Below, one piece after another: positions 25,124-37,639 of a stretch of DNA of 64,000 bases (its first letter is position 1; each line of letters begins with the position of its first letter). The stretch covers positions 15,996,001-16,060,000 of the forward strand of contig JBHGNT010000012.1 of NCBI GenBank assembly GCA_043228905.1, written 5' to 3'. The notes under the pieces were generated by a model, which was not told the origin of the DNA, searched no databases, and was given only the letters and a program-made list of their open reading frames with translations. The DNA is from Azolla caroliniana. Its lineage: Eukaryota > Plantae > Polypodiophyta. The position numbers and the translations under genes are program-made.

Positions 25124-25946
25124 GTTTTTGTTTGGGACAAGAGCTCTCTCTTGTTCCTTTCATGATTCGATGGCACAGTTAGGAATTGGACGGTTTTCCC
25201 TCCGCTTTGGTTCCGAATCCGTGCAAAAGCCGCTCCGTTATCGCCACAATCTCTAACATCGTGCGTTGTTCTTGTAGCATCCACTCGAACATTGTCATCA
25301 TGTTGCTAGCCTCTTGCTGATTCTCCATCTCCTTGTCATCTTTCTTCACGTCGGGTTCACCAAATATTTTGTGCCTTTCGGCGCCGAATCGTTGTGTGAG
25401 CCGGGTGGGAACCGCAGGGGTTTTGGACTAGGAGGAGAAGAATGTTAAGGCAAATAGCAATATGAATATATTGAAAGAAAGAAATATAGAAACCTCGTGA
25501 ATCCCATGAGTGTATTGTATTAGATTAATAAATCCTTAGAATCCTATTAGTAAATTAGAATATATTAGAAAAGATAGATTGAAATTCGTGAATCACACGA
25601 ATATAATCAATTAGATCAATATTTAGAACCCCAAATCAACAACAACCTTTACAATTTGCTCCCCCATCCTTATATAGTGATGGGAGAGTCTAAGATTACC
25701 ACATGCAAGCATCATGCCTTTTCTAACTCTAGTGTACATGCACACTACATGTCCATGATTAACTTTTCCCATCATGCTTTTCCTTTCACTCAAGTGTTCA
25801 TGCACACTACATGTGCATGATTAGCTTTCCTATCATACTTTTTCATTTAACTCGAGTGTGTATGCATGAATAACTTTTTCTATCATGCTTATCCAGAATA
25901 TTTACATGGGATAAAGTTTTGTATAACTTTAATATTTATAATGTGC

Positions 25947-26000
25947 TAGTACAATGGTAAGGCTTGAAAGTGTTAACATAGAGATACAGGGTTCAAGTCT
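25947..26000 (+). promoter_or_regulatory. tRNA-like Pol III A-box/B-box inside the G3 5' LTR, antisense to the element
   Basis: TAGTACAATGG (25947) and GGTTCAAGTCT (25990), 43 nt apart as in tRNA genes; no intact cloverleaf. Confidence 0.55.
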
Positions 26001-27076
26001 TGCCCTATGCAGTAACATAATTATTTTAGTATTTTCTCCTATTTCTTTATACTTAATCAATCGAGTACTCCACACATATTTTACATAGTGTACAGAGTAC
26101 ACTACGACAACGTCGAGGTAGAAGATTTAGTCGACTCGGGTTTGTTTTTCCCTTTGGCCTTGGGTTTGTCGGGCAAATCAGCTCTGTCGTTTCTGGCACG
26201 CACCTTGTTGACTTTGCCTTTCTTGACTCTTGTCGATTCCGCTTTGTCTTTGATGGCTTTGTCTTCGAGTTTGACTAGGCTTGGACCTCCTACTGATTCG
26301 GAGTCGGTGGGTGTGTTGTCGGCTTGATCGAGTTCAACTGTTTGTCGAATCTCTGATTCAGCCCGGTGGGTCGGTCTTTCTACGATGTCGTTATCGACTT
26401 TCAAGGAGACCTTCTTAACAACTATTTTCGGTTCGTTCCTAGCAGAATAGAGTCTTCATTGAAGACTACATCACCACTCCGGATCAATTTCTGGTTCTCT
26501 AGGTCCCACAGCTTGTAGCCAAATTCCCCAGTTGTTCCATAATCGCGCAATATGCATTTTGTTGCATGGGGTGCCAACTTAGTCCTTTTCTCCCTGGGGA
26601 TGAATGCGTAGGCTTCGCACCCGAATATATAGAGCCTATTGTAGGTTGGATGTGTGCCTAACCATAGTGCCTATAGCACTTCGAGCCTGATTGCTTTCGA
26701 CAGCGAGATCAAACATACTGTCGTCTACAATGCTTCCGCCTAGAACTCCAGCTTCAGTCCGGCTTGTTGGAGCATTGCCATCACTCTCTCCTGGATCGTT
26801 CGGTTGATCCATTCTGCCACTCCATTTTGCATGGGTGTGTAAGGAACGGTCTTTTGGTGTTGGATCCCTTTGTCGGACAGTACTATTTGAAGGCTCTAGA
26901 GGTATATTCTCCAACGTTGTCGGATCAGAGTGTCTTCACTCTGTGTCCCAACTGGTTCTCCACTTCAGATATCCACCGAGTGAAGACCTCGAGCACTTCG
27001 TCTTTGGACCTTATCTAGTAGGCCCAAACCTTTCGTGTACAGTCATCTACAAATTTGATGAAGTGTCGGGAGCCTC

Positions 27077-30000
27077 TATCGAATACAAGTGTATAATGGA
27101 CGTATTCACACTATCCCTTTGTATAGCTCAAGTTTGGGCCATTTGTGTAATTAGCATAAATGGTAGTTGCCCTAAGTTTGTCACTATATAAAGTGACCTA
27201 GTAACCTTTTTGTAAGGTTGGTTGTATTATTGTTTCTATTGAATAGAAAGAGTCTTTTGTGCCTCCTCTCTCTCTCTCTCTCTCTCTATCTCTGTGCACG
27301 ATCTTGGAAACTGTCATACGCAGGTACTCAACCCCAATCGAATGCTACTTGATCTTCCGCATTGACGGCCTTGTCTTCAACATTTGGTATCAGAGCCTGC
27401 ACAGTATTCGGTTCCTCAACCCGCTGTCGGCCGTCATCACAGCCTGCACAGTATTCGGCCTTTCGCTTCATCCTAGTCTGCAAAGCATTCGGTTTCTTGC
27501 GTCATTCGAAGAAACAGAGAAGAAAGTAGGCAAACACAAGCTTGAATCTCGCTGCGTTAGATCATCACTCGGAGTAAACCAGTCGGCTGTACTCTACTTC
27601 CTTGATCGTAACTGCTTGAGGTGGGCTTCCTGCACAACGACGACTTCAAGGACAACCCCAGTTCGTGTTTCATTCGATTGGACAATAATCGGAAGGACCA
27701 GTCGGTTCCATTGCTCTCACCGTTGCAGTCAACCGAACCGAATCGGCTTGAAGTACTGTCGGATCGTTAAATCTAGGTTCAACTCAACTAAGACAGTTGT
27801 CGGTAGTCAATCCGAACCAAATCCCCGATTCTCCGTAATCAACATCACTTGTGTCCAACTTCGGCTAGAACGACACTGAGTGGGCCAAACCGCTGCACTT
27901 CACCAAAGTTCGTAGCCGACTTAGGGCAGAGTCATGACATCAACATCCGGCTCGTCAGAAATGAGTCTACGAAAGTTCGATGGATCGAACTTCAACTTCT
28001 GGAAGGAGCAAATGCAGGACTATCTCATAGTCAAGGGGCAAATTGATCCCATCGAAAATGAAGCACCTCCAGAAGGATACAAACCAATTGAGTGGCAGAA
28101 GCTGGACAGAATCGTCCGCGCCACGATTCGGATGCACCTATCGGAATCGGTATACTTTACGGTGCAATCGTGTACGACAGCATTCGAACTGTGGAAAACA
28201 CTGTCGGACACCTACGAAAAGAAGGTCGCTACAACGAAGATGTTTCTGATCCGGCGCCTCTACAACTTGCGGATGAAAGAATCAGATTCGGTTCAAGCAC
28301 ATCTCAATGAGTACGAAAGCATAAGCTCCCAAATCTCATCTCAGGGGACGGCAATCGAGGATGAACTCAGAGCAATGATACTCATGAGCAGCCTTCCCTC
28401 ATCATGGGAAACTTTCGTCACAACCGTGTGCAACGCGTCAACCACGGCTGTTAAATACTCCGAAGTCACGAGCGCAATCCTGACCGAAGCAGCTCGGAGA
28501 AAGTCTTTCACCAGAGACTCAACAGACGACACTTATGTAGTACAAGGTTCGACAGAACGATCGAACATACGAGGAAGAGATTCCTCACGGCAGCCGAACA
28601 ATCAGCGAAGACGGAGCCAGTCACGGGATAATCGAATCTGCAACTATTGCAAGAAACCCGGACACATCAAAGCCGACTGCCGCGCACTCAAGAACAAGAA
28701 CGACAAGTCTCAGAAATCAGACAAGAAGAGTGGCCGGCATGAGGAGATCAATTACGTCAGCTTCTCAGCTGATGTGCTACCAAACGACCCGAATATACTA
28801 TCAATCGAAAATCCAGTCGGATCAGAAGTTCTGCTCACGACTGAAGAATCGAGCACATGGCTCTTAGATTCGGGCGCGTCATTTCACGTGACTCCTCATC
28901 GATCCCAATTTCGGCAATATACGATCCGTCACTCCGACTCAGTTCGAGTCGGCAACTCGCAACACTGTGACATCATTGGAATCGACACAGTAGAGCTCAA
29001 CCTTGCAGGTGGCTCTACACTTGTACTTCACAATGTCCGACATGTACCCGAGCTCTCAAGGCCATTGATCTCAGTCGGACAACTAGATGAAGACGGCATT
29101 CGTGCCGGTTTTTCTTCGGGAGGGTGGACACTCCACAGGGGGAACCTCCTGCTTGCTAGAGGACCCAAGATACACTCACTGTATCCGTTACATGTTACGC
29201 TCAGAGAGGGTAACCTGTTTTTGGTGGATATTCCTGTGTCATCACTATGGCACAGAAGATTAGGACACCTCAGCAAGGCCGGCATTACGCACCTATCTAG
29301 AGCCGGATACATCCCTAAACTCTCCTTCTCGGACCATCAATTCTGCGAACATTGCCAGTATGGCAAACAAGCAGCCGCATCACACCCGACATCAGCACCA
29401 AGAGAAACGAGACCTCTCGATTTAGTCCACTCGGACGTCTGTGGCCCAATGCCGCATCAGTCTCTCGGCGGTGCCTCTTACTTCGTCAGTTTTATTGACG
29501 ATTCGACTCGAAAGGTGTGGGCTTATCCAATTCGCACCAAAGATCGTGTCTTCTCGATCTTCTCCGATTGGCTCGCTATGGTAGAAAATCAAACTGACCG
29601 AAAACTGAAATGCTTTCGGACCGACAATGGGGGAGAGTTCAAATCAGAAGAATTCATCAAATTCTGCCGACAACGCGGCATCCGACGTGAATTTACGGCA
29701 TCACACAGTCCGGAGCAAAACGGGATTGCAGAACGCATGAATCGGACAATCCAAGAACGGATAGTTTCCATGCTCCAACACTCCGGACTGTCGGATGGCT
29801 TCTGGGCAGAGGCTTTACTCACGGCAGTACACATAATCAATATGTCGCCAAGCAGACCTCTAGGACTTCAAATTCCTCAGGAACTATGGATCGGCAGTAA
29901 GCCGAATTACGACAAGCTGAGGATCTTCGGATGCGAGGCGTACGCCCTTATTCCGAAAGATGATCGCCGAAAACTTGCACCTCGGTCCAGGAAATGCATT

Positions 30001-32460
30001 TTCCTTGGATATGGATCAGACGACGAAATGGGATACCGACTCTGGGACCCCGAACGCAGACAAATCGTTCGAAGTTCGGACGTTGTGTTCAACGAGTCGG
30101 CTATGAATCCATCAGTCGAAACACCGATCGAAGTCCGAAGGGTAACATTTTCCGATGTGCCGACCCTTCAAGAAGGCCCCGCTCCTAACACACGGTCAGC
30201 TTCATGGGTAGCTGAACCTTACACTACCGACTCGGACAACTCTGACTCGGCACAGCAGAATAATTCGCTTTCGGACCATCCGACCTCGATACCCGATACG
30301 ACCAGTCCAATTATACCTCGACGATCCGAGAGACTGTCGCAACCTCCGGAGAGGTATTCTCCTGGAATTTTCTTCACCGACGCCGGCGAATCGACGTCTT
30401 ACGAAGAAGCATCGACATCTGTCGATTCAGCCACCTGGCATCTGGCGATGGAGTCGGAAATGCACTCCATTCGGGCAAACAAGACTTGGGATCTGGTCGA
30501 ATTACCTAAGAATCGACGTGCTCTTCCTTGCAAGTGGGTTTATCGACTAAAAGAGACGTCTGATTCGACCACCCCAAAGTACAAGGCCAGATTAGTTGCG
30601 AAGGGCTTCCGACAAGAATATGGCGTCGACTTCGACGAGATTTTTTCACCAGTGGTGAAAATGACAACCCTTCGTTTTCTACACGGCGTAGTGGCAGCCG
30701 ACAACTTGGAGCTGATTCAGCTAGATGTCAAAACAGCCTTCCTCCATGGTGATCTTGAAGAGGAAATTTATATGGAGCAGCCAAAAGGCTTCGTGGCAAC
30801 TGGCCAAGAACATCTAGTCTGCCGACTCAGGAAGAGTCTATACGGCCTCAAACAGGCACCGCGACAATGGTACAAGAAGTTCGACGACTTCATCCAATCG
30901 ATCGGCTTCTCCAAAAGCGATGAGGACCATTGTCTTTTTACCAACACAGCTCAAGATGGATCACCCATCTTCCTCATCATTTACGTGGACGACATGCTAA
31001 TTTCTGGACGCCACGCGGGCGAACTTGCCGATCTCATTCGGCAATTGCGGTTGAAGTTTGCCATGAAGGACCTCGGTCCGGCACGACACATACTTGGCAT
31101 GAAGATTAGTCGGCATCGCGATAAACGACATCTTTTTTTGTCTCAGACCGACTATATCGGACGTGTCTTGGAACGCTTCAACATGCAATCAGCCAAATCT
31201 GCTTCAACCCCGCTCCCCATGAATCTTCGGCTCTCTCAGCGAGACTGCCCGACATCCGGTCCGGAGGGGGAAGATATGAAGTCGGTACCGTATGCACCGG
31301 CAGTCGGCTCCCTTATGTACCTGATGGTCGCGACACGGCCTGATATTTCTCATGCCGTAGGAGTCGTTAGCAGATTTATGCACAATCCTGGCCGATCGCA
31401 TTGGAACGCAGTCAAGCATGTGTTCAAATATCTGGTTGGCACAAAAGACCACGGCATTCTTTTCGGTCCGAACTCAACCTCAGGCGTAGTCGGTTACACC
31501 GACTCGGACTTCGCCGGCTGTATAGACAGTCGGAAATCAACAACTGGATACTGCTTCAAATTCGGCAATGGAGCAATTTCGTGGAAGTCGAAACTTCAGG
31601 AGTGCACAGCGACCTCAACGACCGAAGCAGAATATGTAGCTGCGTCCGACGCTGCAAAAGAAGCTTTGTGGCTCGGCCGGCTGGCGCACACGTTTCGACA
31701 AGTCGACCATGACTCGGCCCCAGTTGTCTATAGCGACAGTCAAGGTGTTGTTGCCTTGTCGAAAAATCCGGTTCACCACAACGCCTCCAAACATATCGAC
31801 GTTCGATATCACTTCGTTCGGGACTGCGTCATTTCAGGGAAAATCGGTCTAGAGAAAATATCCACAACCGACAATGTCGCAGATGGAATGACCAAGTGTC
31901 TTTCGGCAGACCGCTTTCGGTCCCTTCGGCATCAGATGGGCGTAACGACAAACCAGTCCGGTTAGAGCCGGACACAGCGCAGGATGGTTTCAGACAACCG
32001 ACATCAGTTCCTTAATGATCGGCTTCAACTCTTCCGACCCGACCAGTCCGGCCTTCTGCCTTCGGACCCTGCCGACTCGAACAAAACTGATATGTCCGAG
32101 AACCTAGGTTTATACCTGTAATCTTAGATAACCCATGTATACGCCCATTACGGGGGAGTGTCGAATACAAGTGTATAATGGACGTATTCACACTATCCCT
32201 TTGTATAGCTCAAGTTTGGGCCATTTGTGTAATTAGCATAAATGGTAGTTGCCCTAAGTTTGTCACTATATAAAGTGACCTAGTAACCTTTTTGTAAGGT
32301 TGGTTGTATTATTGTTTCTATTGAATAGAAAGAGTCTTTTGTGCCTCCTCTCTCTCTCTCTCTCTATCTCTGTGCACGATCTTGGAAACTGTCATATGCA
32401 GGTACTCAACCCCAATCGAATGCTACTTGATCTTCCGCATTGACGGCCTTGTCTTCAACA
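27077..32460 (+). mobile_element. Intact, young Ty1/Copia element E (5' LTR 27077-27382, 3' LTR 32159-32460)
   Basis: Perfect TSD gcctc; PBS TGGTATCAGAGCC at 27385; PPT ACGGGGGAG before 32159; LTRs differ by two substitutions and a (CT)n length change. Confidence 0.98.
27934..31965 (+). CDS. gag-pol: Copia Gag-Pol polyprotein (gag, CCHC, PR, IN, RT, RNase H), 1343 aa, uninterrupted
   Basis: CNYCKKPGHIKADC, LLDSGASFH, WHRRLGH...CEHC, VHSDV/TDNGGEF/ERMNRT, KARLVAKG, YVDD, YTDSD...EAEY...SDS...ADGMTK. Confidence 0.98.
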   Translation: MTSTSGSSEMSLRKFDGSNFNFWKEQMQDYLIVKGQIDPIENEAPPEGYKPIEWQKLDRIVRATIRMHLSESVYFTVQSCTTAFELWKTLSDTYEKKVATTKMFLIRRLYNLRMKESDSVQAHLNEYESISSQISSQGTAIEDELRAMILMSSLPSSWETFVTTVCNASTTAVKYSEVTSAILTEAARRKSFTRDSTDDTYVVQGSTERSNIRGRDSSRQPNNQRRRSQSRDNRICNYCKKPGHIKADCRALKNKNDKSQKSDKKSGRHEEINYVSFSADVLPNDPNILSIENPVGSEVLLTTEESSTWLLDSGASFHVTPHRSQFRQYTIRHSDSVRVGNSQHCDIIGIDTVELNLAGGSTLVLHNVRHVPELSRPLISVGQLDEDGIRAGFSSGGWTLHRGNLLLARGPKIHSLYPLHVTLREGNLFLVDIPVSSLWHRRLGHLSKAGITHLSRAGYIPKLSFSDHQFCEHCQYGKQAAASHPTSAPRETRPLDLVHSDVCGPMPHQSLGGASYFVSFIDDSTRKVWAYPIRTKDRVFSIFSDWLAMVENQTDRKLKCFRTDNGGEFKSEEFIKFCRQRGIRREFTASHSPEQNGIAERMNRTIQERIVSMLQHSGLSDGFWAEALLTAVHIINMSPSRPLGLQIPQELWIGSKPNYDKLRIFGCEAYALIPKDDRRKLAPRSRKCIFLGYGSDDEMGYRLWDPERRQIVRSSDVVFNESAMNPSVETPIEVRRVTFSDVPTLQEGPAPNTRSASWVAEPYTTDSDNSDSAQQNNSLSDHPTSIPDTTSPIIPRRSERLSQPPERYSPGIFFTDAGESTSYEEASTSVDSATWHLAMESEMHSIRANKTWDLVELPKNRRALPCKWVYRLKETSDSTTPKYKARLVAKGFRQEYGVDFDEIFSPVVKMTTLRFLHGVVAADNLELIQLDVKTAFLHGDLEEEIYMEQPKGFVATGQEHLVCRLRKSLYGLKQAPRQWYKKFDDFIQSIGFSKSDEDHCLFTNTAQDGSPIFLIIYVDDMLISGRHAGELADLIRQLRLKFAMKDLGPARHILGMKISRHRDKRHLFLSQTDYIGRVLERFNMQSAKSASTPLPMNLRLSQRDCPTSGPEGEDMKSVPYAPAVGSLMYLMVATRPDISHAVGVVSRFMHNPGRSHWNAVKHVFKYLVGTKDHGILFGPNSTSGVVGYTDSDFAGCIDSRKSTTGYCFKFGNGAISWKSKLQECTATSTTEAEYVAASDAAKEALWLGRLAHTFRQVDHDSAPVVYSDSQGVVALSKNPVHHNASKHIDVRYHFVRDCVISGKIGLEKISTTDNVADGMTKCLSADRFRSLRHQMGVTTNQSG

Positions 32461-34811
32461 GCCTCCTAGTGATCGCTTTGGCATGGGTCCACATATATCT
32501 GTGTGCACGAGCTCTAGGGGTTGTCATACCGTCTCGTAGTGGAGAGAGTGTGAACTTTGGGTTTGTTTCCCATATCGACAATGCTCGTAGAAGTCCATCT
32601 TTGCTTGAAGTTTCGGGATGTAGCCTACCTCCATCAGCCGATCGAGTTTGGCTTGAGACATATGGCCGAGTCGGCCATGCCATAGGTTTGGGTCGGTCTT
32701 TTTGGCTACGTTTACTGCCCCTTCTGGATTGATCGCCATCAATGGGTACAGGTTGTTGTACTTGTGTCCACTCCCAATTCTGAGATTTTCCCGGCTGATC
32801 ATCCATACCGCCTCACTTAGAGTCATTCGGTATCCGTCTTCGACTAGCATGCCAATGGAAACCAAACTCCTTTTCAAATCGAGAAAGTGTCGAACTTGGT
32901 GCAGGATTATTGTGTTGCCATTTGATAGTTGAATTGGTAGTTCTCCAACTCCTACTATTCTGCACTCCTCCCCATTGCCTAGTCGGACTATGCCACTGGC
33001 ACCAGCCGAATAGTTTGAAAACCATTCGTTGTTTGGGGTCACGTGGAATGTTACACCGGAGTCCAGTAGCCACGTGTGTGCATCTTGTGCATTGTAGAGG
33101 ACTTCTTCGATCATTGAATCCTCTAAGGAGAGAATTTCTCCTAATCGGGTGTCGGCAATGTTGATTTGGTTGCTGACTGGAGAGTGGTTCGAGTTGGGTC
33201 TTCCTCGATTCCGCTCGGATCGCCGACCACTCTCTTTCCTCTTGATCGACCAGCAGTCGGAAACAATGTGGCCAGCTTTTCTGCAATTTGTGCAGAATTC
33301 ACCTGATTGGCCCGTTCTCGACTTCGACTGTATCGGTCTCCCCTCGTTTTCGATCGACTATGGTGTTGACCGACTCTATTGGCTTGTTCTCTTGATTAAC
33401 TCAATCGGTCAACCGGCTTGGTAAGTGGTGGGCTTCTGCCGATTCGTCGATGGTGTGTCCCATCGATATTCGCCGAATGTCCTTGGTGAGGACTTGGCCA
33501 ATCATCTCATCCAGATTTAGGATTTGTCGGTTATTGGCGTACGTCGTGCAGAATACCTCCCAACTTGCCGGCAAGCTCGATGGGAGGGCAAGAGCTTTGA
33601 CTTCTTCTTCGAATTTGATCCCTTGTGAGGAGAGTTCTGACAAGACCCTGTTGAAGGTGTTGATGTGGGAGGTAGCCGGATCGGTCTCTCTCATCTTCAT
33701 GTTGAATAGTTGTTTGATCAAAATCAGTTTTGAAGACGAGGATTTTTTCTCATACACGGCTTGTAGCTTCTCCCACAATGAGAATGTTGTCGTCTCTTTT
33801 GCCATGCTGAAGTAGACATTTTCGGCCAGATGCATTCGAATGGTGGAGCATGCGATTTCGTCTGTATATCTGCACTCTTCGGCTATCATCGAGGGAGATT
33901 TTTCACTTTGTCGAATGGCTTCTACTTGTCTTCTAATGATCAACACATCTTGCATCATCTCCTTCCATAGGGCAAAGTTTTTTCCAACGAATTTTCTTAT
34001 TTCGACTCCTGTTCCGGATGTTGAAGTCATGTTCTTCTTTGAGAGTGAGATTTTACTGACCTGGTCTTTTTCCTTTCAGCTTTTTATGTTGTTTGTTGCC
34101 ACAGATCACTCTAATACCAATTGTTGATCAAATATGTGTGGAAACGTATGTATGAAGATCTGTCGTAGTGTTCAGCAAAAAACACAGAAGGAAGGCAAGA
34201 GAATAAACAAAGAATGGACACATTCTAAGCTTTAATTGAAGCTTTGATATATTACGTTCTTTCTCATTCTCACTCTCACTTAGAGATCGCTATACAATAT
34301 TATCAAGAAGTTCTCTCTCTTTTACACCGTTAGGTTATTGCTTATATACTAAGCCCTAATTCTTTTGGACGAGTTCACACTAAGATACAAATTGGAAGGA
34401 GTCGGCATTTTATGCCAACAATCTCCAACATTTAGAATTTAGGCACAAGACCAATTAGTCATTGGACAAATGTAATTAATGAACATGCATCTTTAATTAG
34501 GATATATGTTAATGCTCATGTCACTTATAGTATGACCTAATTACATCAAGAGAAATATAGGGTCAACAATAGGATTATCATTGAGCTTCATAATAATAAG
34601 TGACAACATTACATAAGCTTATAATCTACTTACCATATTTCACATTATGATTAGTGCCAGTGTAATTGGTGTACTTCAAATAGCTTACATAATTCTACTC
34701 ACTTTGGTGTCTTGGAAAAAACTACAAAATAATAATCATAAGATTCACAAATGCTCTCAGGTTTTTGTTATTTTCACAACCCCTTGTTACGAGCATGATC
34801 ATATAATATAT

Positions 34812-37480
34812 TGTGGTAAGATTGTACCGTTGTATTCTATATAGATGGATAAAGTGTGAGGGTTAAACGAGAGTGTAAAGAAGGGAAGGATTACTGTAAA
34901 AGAATACGTTGTGCGGAAGCGTGTGTGTAAACACAGAGTACACAGTTGTCTTGAACCTTATCTTGAACCTCATCTCATATGTCTAGAGGGGTATTGACGT
35001 GAGATCGTGATATCCATTAATGTTGGCCCATGATATCTTTACATCACGACTTGATGTTATGACTATTTGTCTAGCCTTATCCTATTTCTTTGCCAGAATT
35101 AATCATTCAATGGCTCAGAATAACGACCTAATGTCATCCACTCAAGCGAAAGGAACTCAAGGAAATCCTCCTGGAGCAATCTCCATTGAGTCGTATTTCT
35201 TACAAATACAAAATTTCCTTCGTTCAACCGCTCATCAGATGTCCGAACTTCGGCAATCTCAAAGTGCTCTCGAGGCACGTGTCATTAGTTTACAACGTGA
35301 CACTAATAAACCCGATGAGCGTCAGGGTGAACCATCATTTGTCGTAAAGCCATTTATGGGAGAAAAAATGGAAAGAACCGAAGAAGCAATCTGCACATGG
35401 TTGGGCCGATGGGAGTCTCATTTTGAGCTCTATCCCACACCAGATAGTGTGAAGATTGCATATGTCGGCCAAGAACTACGGGGTAAGGCCGCCGCTTGAT
35501 GGCATGGGCTCAGAACTTTGGGGAAATTGCCCGATACCTGGACAAGTTTTGTCACAGTTTTTAAGGGCCAATTTTTGCAACCTCCCTCTCGAACCGAGGC
35601 AGCACAAGCTTTAATGAACCTCTCTAGCAAGAAGTTTTCCTCGCTAGAAGACTATGTCCACCATGCTAGAACCCAAATCCAAAAATCGGGTCTAGAAGGG
35701 GACAATTTGTTAATAGCTTGTTTTGTTAATAGCATCCCCAATTCGGACTATCATGGGATAGTGCACGATAAGGATCCAAAATCCTTCGAAGAGGCCGTTG
35801 AAATAGTTCTTTGCTATCAATGCACTTCGAAGAAGTACCATAACAAACCCAACGAAGCGCTCGGGACTAAGCAGTCGCAATTCGCTGGGAAACGCAAGAC
35901 ACCCAACGAATTCAAGGATCACGATTTTAAGTGACAATATCCTTTTTGCGTATTCAGCAAAAAGAAGGGTCATACAAAAGAGCAATGTTGAAAGCTCCAA
36001 TGGAAAGAGCACAACAGCAAAGCTAAAGCTGCAGACCATAAAGGTCAGATTCCTAATGTCCTTCACGTCTATACACATCATTTAAGTAATTGTCAATGTT
36101 CTTTCCCTCACTATGTATTGGGTCCCAATGATTTACTACGTGTAAACGGGTATATCAATGGATCTCCTGTACAATTTTTGTTTGATTCGGGAAGCTCACA
36201 CAACTTTGTGAATGATTGTTTGGTTCAGATATGGGGAATCCAACCCACCGTTAGTGATCACACCTATATGGTGCACTTGACTAATGGAAGAGTACAATAC
36301 ATCAACGAGGCGATTCATTCATTAGGAATTTCTATTGATACTTATATAGAGGAAGTAGACTTCCATGTAATGAATCTTTGTACTGGACTGATGTAATAAT
36401 GGATTATCCCTGGTTCTATAATAAAAACTCTTAATCTATTGATTGGGTTCATCATTCAATAACTTTTGTACTGAACGATTGTACTCATTTTATTCAATGT
36501 GTAAAAAAAAATCCCTCTCGATTGTTTCCTCTCCATCAATATCCAAGTTGTCTTGTTCTACTCTATTTTATTGTGTACTTGATCCAGACATTCATGTTTA
36601 CAATATCGATAATATCTCGGTTCAATTAACATATTTTGAACAACTTGATAAAATCTTAAATGATTTTCGTGATGTTTTTCCGAGTGAACTACCACATGGG
36701 TTACCTCCTAAACGTAATATAGACCATCGTATAGATATTGTACCTATCATTGCACCAATAAGTATACCTCCTTATTGTTTAAGTCGATCTGAAGAGGATG
36801 AGGTATCTAAGCAACTCAAGGACTATTTACGAATGGGTTATATATACGTTATAGTAAATCTCCATGGGGTGCACCTGTTCTCTAAGTAAAAAAGAAAGAG
36901 GGCACATGGCGTATGTGTATTAATTACCGATGCCTGAATAAAGTGAGATCAAGAATTCATATCCATTGCCCTGGGCTGACGATCTAATTGACCGTCTCCA
37001 AGGAGCTCAATATTTTACGAAACTTGATCTTCGTACGGGCTACCATCAAATTCGTATAAGTGAGGACGATGTTCCGAAAATGGCATTTTGTACACGCTAT
37101 GGCCATTATGAGTTTTTGGTTATGCCTTTTGGTTTGACCAATGCTCCGGCCACATTTCAACAAGAAATGAATGACATTTTCCGAGAACAACTTGGAAAAT
37201 TTGTCATTATTTTCTTGGATGATATTTTAGTTTATAGTCGTACATTAGAAGAACATGCTAAACATGTCTGCTTTGTTTTACAAACATTGCGCGACAAGCA
37301 CTTCTACGCGAAGATCTCAAAATGCGAGTTCTTCAAGAAATCAATTACTTATCTTGGACATCTCATAACTGAACGAGGAGTTGAAATTGATCCTTCTCGC
37401 ATCAAGAAAATCAAACTTTGGCCGACTCTTCGGAATATTCGAGAAGTTCGATCATTCCTTAGTTTTGTCAAGTTTTTGCG
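34812..37480 (+). mobile_element. Degenerate Ty3/Gypsy (chromovirus-like) element: LTR-like start, gag, PR, RT; 3'-truncated
   Basis: ORFs 35020-35499 and 35518-35934 (gag), 36118-36396 (LFDSGSSHNF), 36443-36889, 36966-37505 (KLDLRTGYHQIRI, MPFGLTNAPATFQ, FLDDILVYS). Confidence 0.85.
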
Positions 37481-37556
37481 ACAACCGAACCGTTTAAGTC
37501 GTTAAGTTGCGGTTTCGCGGTTCGGTTCGGTGTTGTTGTTATAGGCATGACCATCC

Positions 37557-37639
37557 TGTGGTGAGAATTTACCGTATTATTCTATACATGTGGATAAGTG
37601 TGAGGGTTAAATGAGAGTGTAAAGAAGGAGAGGATTACT
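37557..37639 (+). repeat. Diverged second copy of the LTR-like start at 34812-34895
   Basis: tgtggt...gtgtgagggttaaa(c/t)gagagtgtaaagaagg...ggattact occurs at both places; no PPT in front of the second copy. Confidence 0.7.

Larger units (their letters stand above)
11698..26109 (-). mobile_element. Ty3/Gypsy element G3 (same lineage as G1/G2), split by two insertions into 11698-11813, 15566-15793 and 24114-26109; 5' LTR about 25365-26109
   Basis: RT reads continuously across the insertions (DQFQLAV|ESRDIT...PFLDD...KFVVDHIRDCEKVLQKL); LTR starts TGTCGTAG at 26109; tRNA-Trp PBS at 25346-25362; 3' half missing. Confidence 0.88.
26110..34420 (-). mobile_element. Ty1/Copia element D, degenerate host of element E (5' LTR about 34122-34420, PBS about 34108-34119)
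   Basis: gag ORF 33401-34030, protease/GAG-pre-integrase ORF 32524-33114 (WLLDSG, LWHGRLGH), integrase remnants 26460-27071; PBS TGGTATTAGAGT; 3' part missing. Confidence 0.88.

Noticed and set aside
35038-35062. ACATCA/TGATGT hairpin as a Tf1-type self-priming site of the chromovirus-like element
   Set aside because: LTR end cannot be fixed and complementarity to a plausible transcript start is weak.
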